Positions 1-10,968 of a stretch of DNA of 64,000 bases are shown here, piece after piece (position 1 is the first letter of the stretch; every line of letters starts with the position of its first letter). Position numbers and translations under genes: made by a program. This DNA comes from Candidatus Poribacteria bacterium (GTDB lineage: Bacteria; Poribacteria; WGA-4E; PCPOR2b), in contig OZ244042.1 in the NCBI GenBank assembly GCA_965215015.1, positions 32,001 through 96,000 of the forward strand, in the 5' to 3' direction. The notes beneath the pieces were generated by a model, which saw only the letters and a list, made by a program, of their open reading frames with translations, was not told the DNA's origin and ran no database searches.

Positions 1-1407
1 AACAGTCCGCAAACCATCGGGAGTGAACCGACAATCACGGAGAATCGCTATACACGTACTTATACATTTGAGATACATGATGTTCCCCCGCTCCGTGAAG
101 AGGCGTTTATGCCAGCCATCGCGGACCTCGCTTACAGCATCAACATCACATCGCTTGATTCGTGGAATAAACTTATGGAGTGGTACGGCACTCTTATTCG
201 TGAGCAAGATTATGTGACACCAGAAATCGAGCAGAAGGCGAAGGCGTTGCTGAGAGGGGCATGGAGCCGAAAAGAGAAGATTAAACGGCTTTACGAATAC
301 GTTGCGACGAACATTGATTATGTCGGCATCGAACTCGGAATATGGGCGATAAAACCGCACTCGGCGCCCGAAATCTTTAAGGAAGGATATGGAGACTGTA
401 AGGATAAGACAACGCTGCTCAGTACGATGCTCTCCGCGGTGGGCATCCAGTCCTATCCGGTGCTGATTTCCGCGGGTGAATCCAGCAGGGTTGTCCGTGA
501 AATCCCTTCACTCGCGTACTTTAATCACATGATTCTCGCTGTCGAGGAAAGTGACGAGGGGGGGCTCATCTGGCTAGATGCGACAGCGGAGACCTGCGCG
601 TTTGGAGATCTCCCCGCCAGCGATCAGGATCGGTGGGCACTCATCGTCAACCCTGATTTTCTCATGAAGGAACGGGAAGGGATAGACCAAGGGTTTACTT
701 CAAATTCCGAGAAAATTGGCGGAATGCGGGAGCAATTATATCGATTCGCAAAAAGTCCAACCATTGGAGCGGCAGCAAACCTCAAAAGTGTTGAGACGCG
801 GATACAGGTGGAAGATGATCTATCAGTAGAGGTCACTCAAACACTCACCGTAACCGGGGCGTTCAACACGAAACTACGAAGCCAATTGAAATATATCAAT
901 CCTAATGAGCAATCGAAGTTTCTGCATGAATACATGGAGCTGGACGATCGCGCAAAGTTGGAGAAGGTTTCGACCCCAAAACTTGATGCCATGGAGGACA
1001 AATTGAAGATTGTCCTCACATGGCGATGTGAGGATTACCTCTTTGCTATTGGACAGCAGTATGTTCTTGAGTTACCGCTTGTCAAGCATCCTTACGCTGC
1101 GCTGCTCAGTGAAGAGGATAGGACGCACCCGGTCATCCTCGGCAAAGCGATTACTTTTGTGGATGAGGTTATCGTCAATTTATCGTCTCTATTTTCGGTG
1201 GATTCTGTGCCTGAAGACCGTGAAATTCATAACCGAGTTGGGGCTATCCAACTCAAGTATACAAAATCGAAACGAAAAATGGTAATGAAGCAGACACTCC
1301 GTTTCCATCGTCCAACAGTCCATGTCAATGAGATTCTCGACCTAAAGGCACTTGTCCGACAAGCCTCAAACAAGGGGACAAAGCGGGTATTGTTAGTCCA
1401 CAGGTAA
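1..1407 (+). CDS. Transglutaminase-like / DUF3857-type protein, 5'-truncated by the window edge
   Basis: Frame is open from base 1 through the listed ORF 109..1407. GDCKDK, FNHMI and WLDAT give the Cys-His-Asp triad motifs of transglutaminase-like domains. Confidence 0.8.
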   Translation, partial: NSPQTIGSEPTITENRYTRTYTFEIHDVPPLREEAFMPAIADLAYSINITSLDSWNKLMEWYGTLIREQDYVTPEIEQKAKALLRGAWSRKEKIKRLYEYVATNIDYVGIELGIWAIKPHSAPEIFKEGYGDCKDKTTLLSTMLSAVGIQSYPVLISAGESSRVVREIPSLAYFNHMILAVEESDEGGLIWLDATAETCAFGDLPASDQDRWALIVNPDFLMKEREGIDQGFTSNSEKIGGMREQLYRFAKSPTIGAAANLKSVETRIQVEDDLSVEVTQTLTVTGAFNTKLRSQLKYINPNEQSKFLHEYMELDDRAKLEKVSTPKLDAMEDKLKIVLTWRCEDYLFAIGQQYVLELPLVKHPYAALLSEEDRTHPVILGKAITFVDEVIVNLSSLFSVDSVPEDREIHNRVGAIQLKYTKSKRKMVMKQTLRFHRPTVHVNEILDLKALVRQASNKGTKRVLLVHR

Positions 1408-1480
1408 ACGTGAATTTGCAATCCAATCCTAGTTAAAAGGGATTTTGACCGTTTGAGTTTAGTGGATGTGAGGAGAGAAA

Positions 1481-2584
1481 TTGGTGAGGCAGAAAGACTA
1501 CTATCAAATCCTTGGTGTGGGTCGGGATGCAACCTTCGACCAAATAAAGAAGGCTTATCGAAAAATTGCGATGCGTTATCATCCCGATAAAAATCCGGGG
1601 GATAAGCGTGCAGAGGAAAGATTCAAGGAAGCATCGATGGCTTATCAGGCATTGACCGAACTCACTCCGCAGCACATCGGCAATCAACCGCCAGGGAGGG
1701 GTCCGGGTAGTCAAGGCGGTGGAGGTTTTGGACCTTCTGGTGATAGTGTCTCCAAAATTAATGACCTCTTTGATAACCTATTCCAGCCCGGGGCGCAAAC
1801 CAAACGGAAAACAAAAACGAAACGAACAGTTAAAGCGAAGGGAAGACGTGGTTCCAACATAAGAGCTAGTCTGACCCTCACGTTTACTGAAGCGATGCTG
1901 GGAACGGAGCGGCCTATCCGTGTACCCCGCCATGAGGAATGCGACAGTTGTAATGGCACAGGTGCACAAAAGGGCTCGCCTCAATCAACTTGTCCTAATT
2001 GTATGGGAAACGGCGCGATCTTCGACCAGTTGCTACGTGGTAATGCAGCGAACAATAAACCGTGCGAACGCTGCCGAGGAACGGGTGTCCTCATTCATCG
2101 ACCGTGTCAGACCTGCCGCGGGACAGGTGCTACCCGCAAGGAGCGTTCTTTACTAGTGAAAACGCCTCCGGGGATTGAGAGTGGTAAATCATTACGCTTA
2201 CCCGGTCAAGGAGAATGTGGTTTACGGGGGGGGGGTTACGGCGATCTGTTTGTGGATGTTGTTGTCAAACCGCATCCGGCTCTACAACGCGATGGATATG
2301 ATTTGCGCTATCAGGTTTCAGTTGGCTTTGCGATTGCGGCACTAGGTGGAGAAATCGATGTTCCGACACTTACTGACCCCATAGCATTGAACCTCCCCCG
2401 AGGTACACAACCCAATCAGACGTTCCGGCTAATCGATCAAGGGATTCAAAAATCTGAAAACGAGAGGGGAGATCTCCTTGTCACTGTAGTCATTGAAATT
2501 CCTACTACCCTAACGAGGAAACAGGAACAGCTCCTGAAGAAGTATATCGAGTTGGAGAAAAAAGCGTCCTCACAGGAACCTTGA
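1481..2584 (+). CDS. dnaJ: DnaJ-class molecular chaperone
   Basis: DYYQILGV...HPDKN J-domain, G/F-rich linker, four CxxCxGxG repeats and a C-terminal substrate-binding domain. Confidence 0.9.
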   Translation: MVRQKDYYQILGVGRDATFDQIKKAYRKIAMRYHPDKNPGDKRAEERFKEASMAYQALTELTPQHIGNQPPGRGPGSQGGGGFGPSGDSVSKINDLFDNLFQPGAQTKRKTKTKRTVKAKGRRGSNIRASLTLTFTEAMLGTERPIRVPRHEECDSCNGTGAQKGSPQSTCPNCMGNGAIFDQLLRGNAANNKPCERCRGTGVLIHRPCQTCRGTGATRKERSLLVKTPPGIESGKSLRLPGQGECGLRGGGYGDLFVDVVVKPHPALQRDGYDLRYQVSVGFAIAALGGEIDVPTLTDPIALNLPRGTQPNQTFRLIDQGIQKSENERGDLLVTVVIEIPTTLTRKQEQLLKKYIELEKKASSQEP

Positions 2585-2767
2585 CAAACAGCTCGATACT
2601 CCCCGATGCACAGACTCAGATAGGCAGATCGGTTCTGTTCCGAGAATCCCGATTTGTCGGGATATTCAAAACAACCCCGATAAGATTGGAATTCAAAGGA
2701 ACTTGATGCCTTGACTCGCTTTCTCGTTCACTGGTTCGTTAATGAACCCATGAACTGAAATCAGCAC

Positions 2768-3352
2768 ATGAACTCATGTACTAATGAACCTATCACGGTG
2801 GTGTCGGGGCTCCCCCGATCCGGCACCTCAATGCTGATGCAAATACTGGCTGCCACCGGCTACCCGTGCCTGACTGATGGAGTACGGAAGGCGGACGCCG
2901 ACAACCCGCGTGGCTATTTTGAATATGAAAAGGTAAAATGGATTCGGCGAGATTATTCGTGGCTGCCTAAAGCGAAAGGCAAAGCGGTGAAAATCATCGC
3001 CCAACTGATGCCGTTTTTGCCGCCCCAATTCAGCTATCGAGTTATCTTCATGAAGCGCAATATCAACGAAGTGCTTGCGTCTCAGGGGAAAATGCTTCAA
3101 CGTCAGGGGAAAGGCGGCGGTAGCTTGTCCGACGTGCAGCTGGGCAAAATCTTTGAACGTCAGATCTGTCAGGTGAAGCAGCTGCTGACTCAACGTAATA
3201 TTCCGACGCTTAATGTAGCGCATTCGGATGCCCTTCAACGCCCGATGGAAATCGCGAAGAAGATTGAAATGTTCTTCGGTGAGGATTTGGATGTGTATGC
3301 CATGGCTGCAGCGGTTGACCCTAACCTCTACCGTCAGCGATATAAACAATAG
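2768..3352 (+). CDS. Sulfotransferase-family (P-loop) protein
   Basis: VVSGLPRSGTSMLM PAPS-binding loop; NPRGYFE motif. Confidence 0.8.
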   Translation: MNSCTNEPITVVSGLPRSGTSMLMQILAATGYPCLTDGVRKADADNPRGYFEYEKVKWIRRDYSWLPKAKGKAVKIIAQLMPFLPPQFSYRVIFMKRNINEVLASQGKMLQRQGKGGGSLSDVQLGKIFERQICQVKQLLTQRNIPTLNVAHSDALQRPMEIAKKIEMFFGEDLDVYAMAAAVDPNLYRQRYKQ

Positions 3353-3495
3353 ACTCCAACATCATTTGTATCGCATCGGCAGCATAGATCCATCTTCTGT
3401 CACGGTTCCCCTCAATCTTGGGTTCTCGAAATTACGAGAAAAGGCCTGATCGGCTTGGATAGACATATCCAAGCCATAACCGTGTAAAAGAAAAA

Positions 3496-4674
3496 ATGCA
3501 CCCTACCAACACAAAACCGCTCACGGCAGAAGAGGCAAGGGTATGTATCACCGGCTGGGATTTCAATCGTCCGGATCCATTCCCCGGACTCGGCGACTTT
3601 ATTGGATGGGCCGGGGCACTGGAGCGAATGCCTAATGGAAATTTACTGCTCGCCCACTCCGCCGGTTACTGGCACGCCTCGTTTGCATCACCGAGATTGT
3701 TTGAGAAAGAGACCCGTGAACGCTATGCCGCTGAAGGTTGGCCCGTGGATTTTGTCGCGCCCACAGGTGGACGCTCGATGGCAGTCCATTCCACCGATGA
3801 CGGTCGTACCTGGAGTAAACCTGTCGGACTGATAGACCTCCCTTTAGATGACGCTCCCGTTACGTTGTTTGTCTGTCGAGATAATACCGTACTCTGTTTC
3901 ATCAATGTGCAGGCATCTTGGTATGGATTCTCAGAGGCACCCCCGGCTTTCCGCAAAGACCTGAATGGCTTGAATACCCAGCAGTGCGTGATCAGATCAA
4001 CCGACAGCGGGACGACCTGGAGTGAACCGATTTGGTTGGACAGTCCCGGCTCATTTTACGAAAGGAGTCACGGTCAGGCGGTCCAACTTCCCGATGGGGG
4101 TATCCTCTGGCCCACCTACTATTCAAGTCAGAATGAAAATCATCTCTTGGGTGCGATGCGCCGCTCTGATGATGCCGGAAAGACGTGGCGCACCGTTTCC
4201 ACCATCCGCCGCAAAGGGAAGGATGTGGATGAACCTGCTATCGCCCGTTTCGACAGTGGACGGCTCGTTATGGTGTCCCGACCCGATGGCGGTATCTTTT
4301 TCTCAGACGACGATGGTGTGAGTTGGCACGAGTCCGGACAAATTGTAACCCCCTCCCCCCGTAGGCGGGGAGGGGAGACGCTCAAAGCACCCCGATTGTT
4401 TGTGTTGGAAGATGGCACACTCGTCTGTGTCACAACCTACCAAGGTGGATTATATGTTTTCTTGAGCCGGGACGGAGGGGCGAATTGGACGCCGGAACTT
4501 CCCCTCGATGTGTCTTGCTACGGCTACCCCGGTGGATTCCAGATTGAGGATGGATCACTGTTGATCTCATATTGTGAAAGTGGTAAAGCACCAAACCGCG
4601 TGTATGTGATACGGTTCACGGTCAACTCCACACGAGATGGTATAGAACTATTGGGCATTGGAAATTCTCCATAG
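3496..4674 (+). CDS. BNR/Asp-box sialidase-like beta-propeller protein
   Basis: Five Asp boxes: STDDGRTW, STDSGTTW, SDDAGKTW, SDDDGVSW, SRDGGANW. Confidence 0.8.
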   Translation: MHPTNTKPLTAEEARVCITGWDFNRPDPFPGLGDFIGWAGALERMPNGNLLLAHSAGYWHASFASPRLFEKETRERYAAEGWPVDFVAPTGGRSMAVHSTDDGRTWSKPVGLIDLPLDDAPVTLFVCRDNTVLCFINVQASWYGFSEAPPAFRKDLNGLNTQQCVIRSTDSGTTWSEPIWLDSPGSFYERSHGQAVQLPDGGILWPTYYSSQNENHLLGAMRRSDDAGKTWRTVSTIRRKGKDVDEPAIARFDSGRLVMVSRPDGGIFFSDDDGVSWHESGQIVTPSPRRRGGETLKAPRLFVLEDGTLVCVTTYQGGLYVFLSRDGGANWTPELPLDVSCYGYPGGFQIEDGSLLISYCESGKAPNRVYVIRFTVNSTRDGIELLGIGNSP

Positions 4675-4766
4675 TAACCTTTAGTGCGGGAGGGTGAAGA
4701 TATTGAGTTCATCGGTTCATTAATGAACTAATACAACAATAAACCAAAAAGGATTGGAGGTATGAT

Positions 4767-5429
4767 TTGGACCTTGAGCAGAAAACAGAGTTAATTTCTA
4801 ATGCTTTAGAAAAACTTTACGGTGTGCCTGAACCGGATACGGAAGAAAACGTCCTCGATTGTTTGATACTTACAATCTTGTCCCAGAACACAAATGATGT
4901 CAATCGCGATAGGGGATTTGCGGTCCTCAAGGAACGTTTGCCGACATGGGAGGAGGTTCTCGGTGCTGATGTAGAGGAAATCGGGGATGCAATCAAGATT
5001 GCAGGATTGAGCGGACAAAAAAGCCAAACCATCAAGAATTTCTTGACATGGCTCAAGGCAGAATATGACGAGCTAAATCTGGAGTTCATCCGCGAAATGG
5101 AAACCAAAGATGCAATACAACTGCTGTCTCAGCACAAAGGCATCGGTATCAAGACTGTGTCCGTTACACTTGCTTTTGCTTGTGGGCGCGATGTGTTCCC
5201 TGTGGATACGCACGTCCTGCGGATCAGCAAACGGCTTGGATTCGTGTCATCAAATTGTACTGCGGAAAAAGCGCATGAATTGATGCCGCAGATCATCCCT
5301 AAAGGCAAAGCGTACCCGTTTCACATGAACCTTATTGCTTTTGGACGCCAGATCTGCGACGCGCGCAAGCCGAAATGCGATCAGTGTCCCATCACGGCAC
5401 ATTGTCTCTATTATCGGGAGGAGTTGTGA
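4767..5429 (+). CDS. nth: Endonuclease III-family HhH-GPD DNA glycosylase with 4Fe-4S cluster
   Basis: LSQNT, HhH motif KGIGIKT, FPVDTHV, and C-x6-C-x2-C-x5-C (CDARKPKCDQCPITAHC). Confidence 0.85.
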   Translation: MDLEQKTELISNALEKLYGVPEPDTEENVLDCLILTILSQNTNDVNRDRGFAVLKERLPTWEEVLGADVEEIGDAIKIAGLSGQKSQTIKNFLTWLKAEYDELNLEFIREMETKDAIQLLSQHKGIGIKTVSVTLAFACGRDVFPVDTHVLRISKRLGFVSSNCTAEKAHELMPQIIPKGKAYPFHMNLIAFGRQICDARKPKCDQCPITAHCLYYREEL

Positions 5430-5831
5430 AACGAAAGGGTATCCAGATTGGAAAGACGGGGATTATTCTATTAATAATCGCCCGATAGAAGCGGTGCATC
5501 CTTATCAAGGTCCCACTGAAATGTCTTTGTGTCCGACATAAAATGCTTAAATTCAACATGATTTTGGTAGGCCCTATATCGGAACTAAAAAAAAGAGACG
5601 CAAAAATGCCAATCCAATGAGAAACGAAATGAAACGACGCTGAAACATGCTAATAGCCTCCCTATTCGTTGTAGAGGCAGTAGGAAGTCCCGATTTGTGC
5701 TCCCTCCCTCCTCAAATTTGCACAAGGCGAAAAGACCTTCACCCCAACTTCAATTCGTATGATAGCACATCGAGTTCGTGTGTATCGGTTCGATACGCTG
5801 CCTCCAACCAGTGATCCAAACTATTCCCAAC

Positions 5832-6083
5832 TCAACAATAAATGATTCCAACGATATATCGACTGGTGTAAATCCTCCGTAACTTTCCGCAGAATGGGCG
5901 GGGCTTGTTCTCATACCTAATTCGCGTGTAGCTGCTTTTTCCGGGAACCACCTCGCGTGTTTTATAATATGAGCCGTTATGGGCAGCCCCATCATCTACC
6001 TGAAAAGCGGCTATCAGTCCCAAACCAACGCTCAATAACCCAACAATAAAAACCATCGCATTCAAATGGCGTAAACTTAACAT
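5832..6083 (-). CDS. Small hypothetical protein with N-terminal hydrophobic segment (possibly frameshifted or degraded)
   Basis: ATG start with AGGA upstream; hydrophobic stretch VFIVGLLSVGLGLIAAF; no recognisable family. Confidence 0.35.
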   Translation of the reverse strand: MLSLRHLNAMVFIVGLLSVGLGLIAAFQVDDGAAHNGSYYKTREVVPGKSSYTRIRYENKPRPFCGKLRRIYTSRYIVGIIYC

Positions 6084-6357
6084 AATTCATTTTCCTATGA
6101 GTTGTGCTCATAAAGTAGTAGGCACGACCCGCATGCCGTAAACAACACAACCGTTATGACACATTGCTGGGTTAACACGCAACTGCCATCTGTTGAATCC
6201 GTGATTCAGACAATAATTATGCACACCCCTCGCTAATATAGTATAGTCGATAAAACTCACCTTCGCTAAAAAAATAACGGAAAATAACAGCTTCGACATT
6301 GCAATCACATTATGATGTGATATACTGTATCCTAACATTTGTATCCGAGGTGATTGA

Positions 6358-7669
6358 TTGCCGAATATAGAACATCATACCGTAATTATTGTGGGCGGGG
6401 GGGCCTGCCGGGCTGCCGCTCGCTGTGGTGTTGGGAGGTTGGCACCCTTACTTTCGTGGAAGTCGTATGTTCAACCTGCGCTATCCACAATTGGCTGCGG
6501 GGCTGCAGCAAATCAAAGGGACCCTTTTGGGATTAGATTTCAAAGGATTGTCCAGAAACGTCCCGCCCGTGGATCTATTCCGACTCCTCCATCATCCCAG
6601 ACAGCTGTTTGAAGAACTCGCGCAAATCGCGATGGAGTTTCGCCAAGAGACGCCGATAGATTATCTACTCATTACCCAAGAGGAGGTCGGTGGACTGTGG
6701 AACAATGTTCCCCAAAATCTTTTGACCCTTTCCCCAGGACAGTGGATGGAGTTTCCGTTCTATCCACTCGCACGACATATCCAGGAACAGGGGATTGACT
6801 TAAACGTCAACGATCTAATAATCAAAGGGGATTTACTGCGTTACTATCATAGCATTCCCGGTCGATTTGGACAAACTGACCGCATCCACACCGGCGAAAC
6901 GGTTGTCCGTATTGAGCCGCATGAACGCGGCTTTCTAGTCAAGAGCAAAGATCTCGGAACGGAGATAAGCCATCAATATACCGCTAAATACCTCGTTTAC
7001 GCCGTTGGGCAGCGGTGCATCTTCCGGCGACTCAATGTGCCCGGGGAAGATCTTCCGTTTGTGGCGAAAAGCTACAATCGACCGGAGGATTTCCCCGGCG
7101 AGCGAGCGATTGTCGTCGGTGGTGGCAGATCGGCGGATTGGGCAGCAACGGAGCTCTACGATGCGGGCAAACAGGTGTATTATGTGATGCGCCAACCGTT
7201 TGAAAAACACTGGCGGTTAATCAGTGAGAGCCGCTATGGTCTGCCCTATTATGCTCGACTTGCAGAGATTATGGAGAGCCGAGACCCTCGATTTCAGACG
7301 TTGTATCAAAGCCATATCCGCAAGATTGAGGAAGGGGTTTCCATCGGTCTAGTGACAATAGACCATCAGAGTGAAAAACAAACCATCGAAGCCGAGCATG
7401 TTATCTTGGAGATTGGCGGTATCGCAGACTATTCTCCCTTTCAGGGATTTGAGCCGCTCGAACAGGTCGAAAAATATGACAACTATCGTTTCCAGTTACA
7501 TCAGGTGAGGACGCATCCGCATAACTACGAAGCGGTCAATATTCCGAACCTCTATATGGGCGGTTACCTCGCATCGGGCATCGGATTAGTGGTCATTGCC
7601 ATGCACGGGACAACTTACGCGATTGCTGGGGATATCCTTCAAAAAGAGGGACTTATCAGAGAAACGTGA
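6358..7669 (+). CDS. FAD/NAD(P)-dependent oxidoreductase, OSGIN1/OKL38-like, with a one-base frameshift in a G7 run near the start
   Basis: The 6358 frame gives MPNIEHHTVIIVGGG and the 6389 frame continues PAGLPLAVVLGG. Removing one G from 6397-6403 restores the Rossmann motif GGGPAG. Second dinucleotide motif VVGGGRSA. GAGGTG RBS before 6358. Confidence 0.75.
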
Positions 7670-7763
7670 GACGTGAAACCTAAAAAAAATGGGGGCATAG
7701 GTTCATGAATGAGCGCATGAACTAATGAACCGATGCACTCTTGAATAAGGCTTGGAGCAAAAC

Positions 7764-8774
7764 ATGACACGTATTGGCGTTATCGGCACAGGAGGAATGG
7801 GTAGTGGCCATTGCAATTCGCTGCCCCACGTTGAAAATTGTGAATTTGTCGGCGTTGCGGACCTCCGGTTAGAGGCGGCACAAGCAGTCGCAGAACAGCA
7901 TCAAATCCGTGCATTCCAAGATTACCGTGAACTGCTAGAGATTGTGGAGGGTGTTGTGGTTGCAACGCCACCTGTAGCACATCGGGAGGTTGTCGTTGCA
8001 GCGGCGGAGGCCGGTGTTCACGCTTTTTGCGAAAAACCCCTGTCTCTCACCCTCAGCGATGCAGACGCTATGATTGCAGCTGCAGACAAAGCAGGGACGC
8101 ATCTGATGGTTGGTCAAGTGCTCCGATTCTACCCTGTGCATATCCTCGGCAAGCGTTTGATCGATGACGGTGGGATTGGGGATGTGACCTATATTGAAAC
8201 GGATTATAGCGGGCCCTATCGGGGGCCGCGAGAACGTCCATCAACTTGGTACGGGAGTGTCGGTGGACTTCTGGAAAACGGCATCCACAAATCCGATCTC
8301 ATTAACTGGTATGGTGGAACCGCTCTAACGGTCGCGGCAGAAGTGGGCAGCTTTTCTGGGCACGAAGATTGGGAGGATTACACCGTGTCGCTCATTCGGT
8401 ATGATACGAAAGTTGCTTTGAATCCCAATCGAATCGGGGCAGTGGGTATATTGCGATGGGGTGGGTTCATGGGGGCACGCGGCACAAACGAGACCATCAT
8501 TGATGGATCGAAAGGCTCGCTACGGCTCGATATGGGAGCCGACATGGCGTACCTCAAAAAGATTGGCGAATCGGAATGGAAGGCACTCACTCCCGATCGC
8601 ACGGCACCTCACGGCGTCGTCGGTGAACTGACCCATTTTGTGGAATGTATCCGTGAAGATAAAACACCCCTGATTGATGGCAGAGGCGGGCGTCATGCTG
8701 TTGAAATTGTCTTAGCAACTTACCGTTCAGCAAAGGAAAAGATTAAAGTTATCTTGCCGATGCAGGATCTATAG
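7764..8774 (+). CDS. Gfo/Idh/MocA family oxidoreductase
   Basis: IGVIGTGGMG, CEKP and GGLLENGIH motifs. The start may instead be TTG at 7752. Confidence 0.9.
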   Translation: MTRIGVIGTGGMGSGHCNSLPHVENCEFVGVADLRLEAAQAVAEQHQIRAFQDYRELLEIVEGVVVATPPVAHREVVVAAAEAGVHAFCEKPLSLTLSDADAMIAAADKAGTHLMVGQVLRFYPVHILGKRLIDDGGIGDVTYIETDYSGPYRGPRERPSTWYGSVGGLLENGIHKSDLINWYGGTALTVAAEVGSFSGHEDWEDYTVSLIRYDTKVALNPNRIGAVGILRWGGFMGARGTNETIIDGSKGSLRLDMGADMAYLKKIGESEWKALTPDRTAPHGVVGELTHFVECIREDKTPLIDGRGGRHAVEIVLATYRSAKEKIKVILPMQDL

Positions 8775-9160
8775 AGAAAATAAGGGGCGGGAGCACATCA
8801 ATCATTCCAGAATCGGACGATTTTCCTAACTGCTTGATATTGCCGTTCTCGCTCATCTTTTATCTTAGCTTGCAGTTACCGTTTTTCAGCATCGGTGAAC
8901 TTCCTCATTGGCAATCATCCCCTTGGGTGCTTTGTCCGAGCAGGCGTACTCGACTAACTACAACGGCTAACGACTTTTTGACTGTTTCCCCACTGTTTTG
9001 AACGGGCAAATCCGTTTTTGGAGGCTTTGGTTCTTACAAGTTGGCGTAGTATCGTCTTCTATCTTTCACTAGCGTATAAGATTGTTAGAAGAATTATATG
9101 ATAAAAATATCTATTAAGACTACACCCCCATTTTTTTATAAAAACTTAATTTGATACAAT

Positions 9161-9404
9161 TAGGAGTTACGCCCTTGAGTGTGTAGTAATGCCATTCAAC
9201 CCGCGTCAAGAGGATAAATTGATCGACAGTAGTCGGTATACGCCGTATGCCGTACCCCCCTTCCCCTGCAAGCAGGGGATGGGGCGTAAGTGAGGAGAAA
9301 TAGACTCAATGAGTCTGTCTCCCCCTGCTTGCGGGGGGACTAAGGGGGGTCTTAGGGGATAAATCGCTGAACTACAAGGCTTCGGGTCAACTGCGTAAGG
9401 CCTA
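9161..9404. mobile_element. MITE-like composite repeat with imperfect 13-bp terminal inverted repeats
   Basis: Starts TAGGAGTTACGC and ends TGCGTAAGGCCTA. Related copies at 41669-41889 and 50662-50962. Confidence 0.65.
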
Positions 9405-9426
9405 ACAATTTTGAATGAGGTTCAAC

Positions 9427-10893
9427 ATGCCTACGAACAGCGAACAAAACCTGCGTCCGAATATCCTCTGGATCTGTACCGACCAGCAGCGTTACGATAC
9501 AATCGGTGCGCTAGGCAACCATTATGTCTCAACCCCGAACATCGATCAGCTGGTCGAAAAGGGGGTCGCTTTTACCCACGCCTACTGCCAGAGCCCAATC
9601 TGCACGCCTAGCCGGGGCAGTTTCCTCACAGGTATGTATCCGAGTGCGGTGCATGTCAACGGAAACGGCAACGAATACTTCCCGGACAATCCACCCCTTG
9701 TAACGCGCCTGCTCGCAGACGCTGGGTACGACTGTGGATTGATTGGCAAGCTACACCTCGCTAGCGCTTATGGTCGTATTGAACCCCGCGTGAACGACGG
9801 ATACCGATATTGGCAGTATAGCCATGCACCCCGCGATGATTGGGAAACGGGACACGACTACGCAGACTGGGTGCGATCCAAAGGGCATACTCTGAGGGAA
9901 TTGACCAAAAGCATTAACGGTGTTCCGGCTGAACTCCATCAAACCACTTGGTGTGCGGAAAAGACGATCGAATTTATCCGACAAGAACGGGACGCGCCGT
10001 GGTTGGCAAGTGTGAATATTTACGACCCTCACCCACCCTTCAATCCGCCCAAAACTTACAGGGATATATTCAATCCGGCGGATATGCCGGGCCCCCTTTT
10101 CCGAGAGAGCGATTTGGAACAGCAGCGGAAGCTCGAAGCAGTTGATTTCCAGTCAAAGGGGCACCCTCCAGAGGAATTGGATATCCGCAGCCCAATCGTG
10201 CCCCAGCCTCCGGGGACAGCGGAGCCGGCTTCAGCGGGAGGACGCGATGCCAAGACCTTGCAAGCAGCATATTACGCTATGATTAAGCTAATCGACGATG
10301 CGCTGGGGTGTATCTTGGAGACACTGGAGGAAACTGGGCAGCGTGAACGGACAGTGATTATCTTCACCAGTGATCACGGAGAAATGCTCGGTGATCATGG
10401 ATTGATTCAGAAGGGCTGTCGGTTTTACGAAGGATTGGTCCGTGTGCCGCTCATCTTTTCTTGCCCCGGATACTTTGAAAGGGGGGTGAGAAGTGATGCG
10501 TTGGTAGGGCTGCTCGATAAGGCACCAACCTTGTTGGATTTGGCTGGTTTGGAAATCCCTGATCGTATACAAGGCATGTCGCTGCTGCCAATCCTCAAGG
10601 GGGAGGTCTCTCCCTCTCATCACCGGGATTTTGTCCGCTGCGAATTCTATGATGCCTTAGATCAGCCGGACAGTACCTTTGCCACGATGTACCGGGATAG
10701 GCGATATAAGCTGGCGATTTACCACGGGCACCAGCACGGAGAACTCTACGACCTTGAAACGGATCCGGGGGAATTTGAAAATCTGTGGGATGTGTCGAGC
10801 GTACAAAACCTCAAGTTGGAGCTGATGAAACGAAGCTATGATGCTTCAATGATGGCGATGGACCGGGGGCCTCGACGAATTGGTCCCATGTGA
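9427..10893 (+). CDS. Formylglycine-dependent sulfatase
   Basis: PNILWICTDQQ, CTPSR (CxPxR), GKLH, SDHG, ELYDL..DP.E..NL. Confidence 0.92.
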   Translation: MPTNSEQNLRPNILWICTDQQRYDTIGALGNHYVSTPNIDQLVEKGVAFTHAYCQSPICTPSRGSFLTGMYPSAVHVNGNGNEYFPDNPPLVTRLLADAGYDCGLIGKLHLASAYGRIEPRVNDGYRYWQYSHAPRDDWETGHDYADWVRSKGHTLRELTKSINGVPAELHQTTWCAEKTIEFIRQERDAPWLASVNIYDPHPPFNPPKTYRDIFNPADMPGPLFRESDLEQQRKLEAVDFQSKGHPPEELDIRSPIVPQPPGTAEPASAGGRDAKTLQAAYYAMIKLIDDALGCILETLEETGQRERTVIIFTSDHGEMLGDHGLIQKGCRFYEGLVRVPLIFSCPGYFERGVRSDALVGLLDKAPTLLDLAGLEIPDRIQGMSLLPILKGEVSPSHHRDFVRCEFYDALDQPDSTFATMYRDRRYKLAIYHGHQHGELYDLETDPGEFENLWDVSSVQNLKLELMKRSYDASMMAMDRGPRRIGPM

Positions 10894-10968
10894 TAAAATG
10901 GTTAAATTGAAAACGCACCGCTCACATTTCACTTACACCATTGCAACGAAGAAAAAGGGGCACAACTA

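Noticed and set aside
8800-9110. Short minus-strand coding-like fragment (MRKFTDAEKR*LQAKIKDERERQY)
   Set aside because: It is interrupted by a stop, too short and unassignable without a search.
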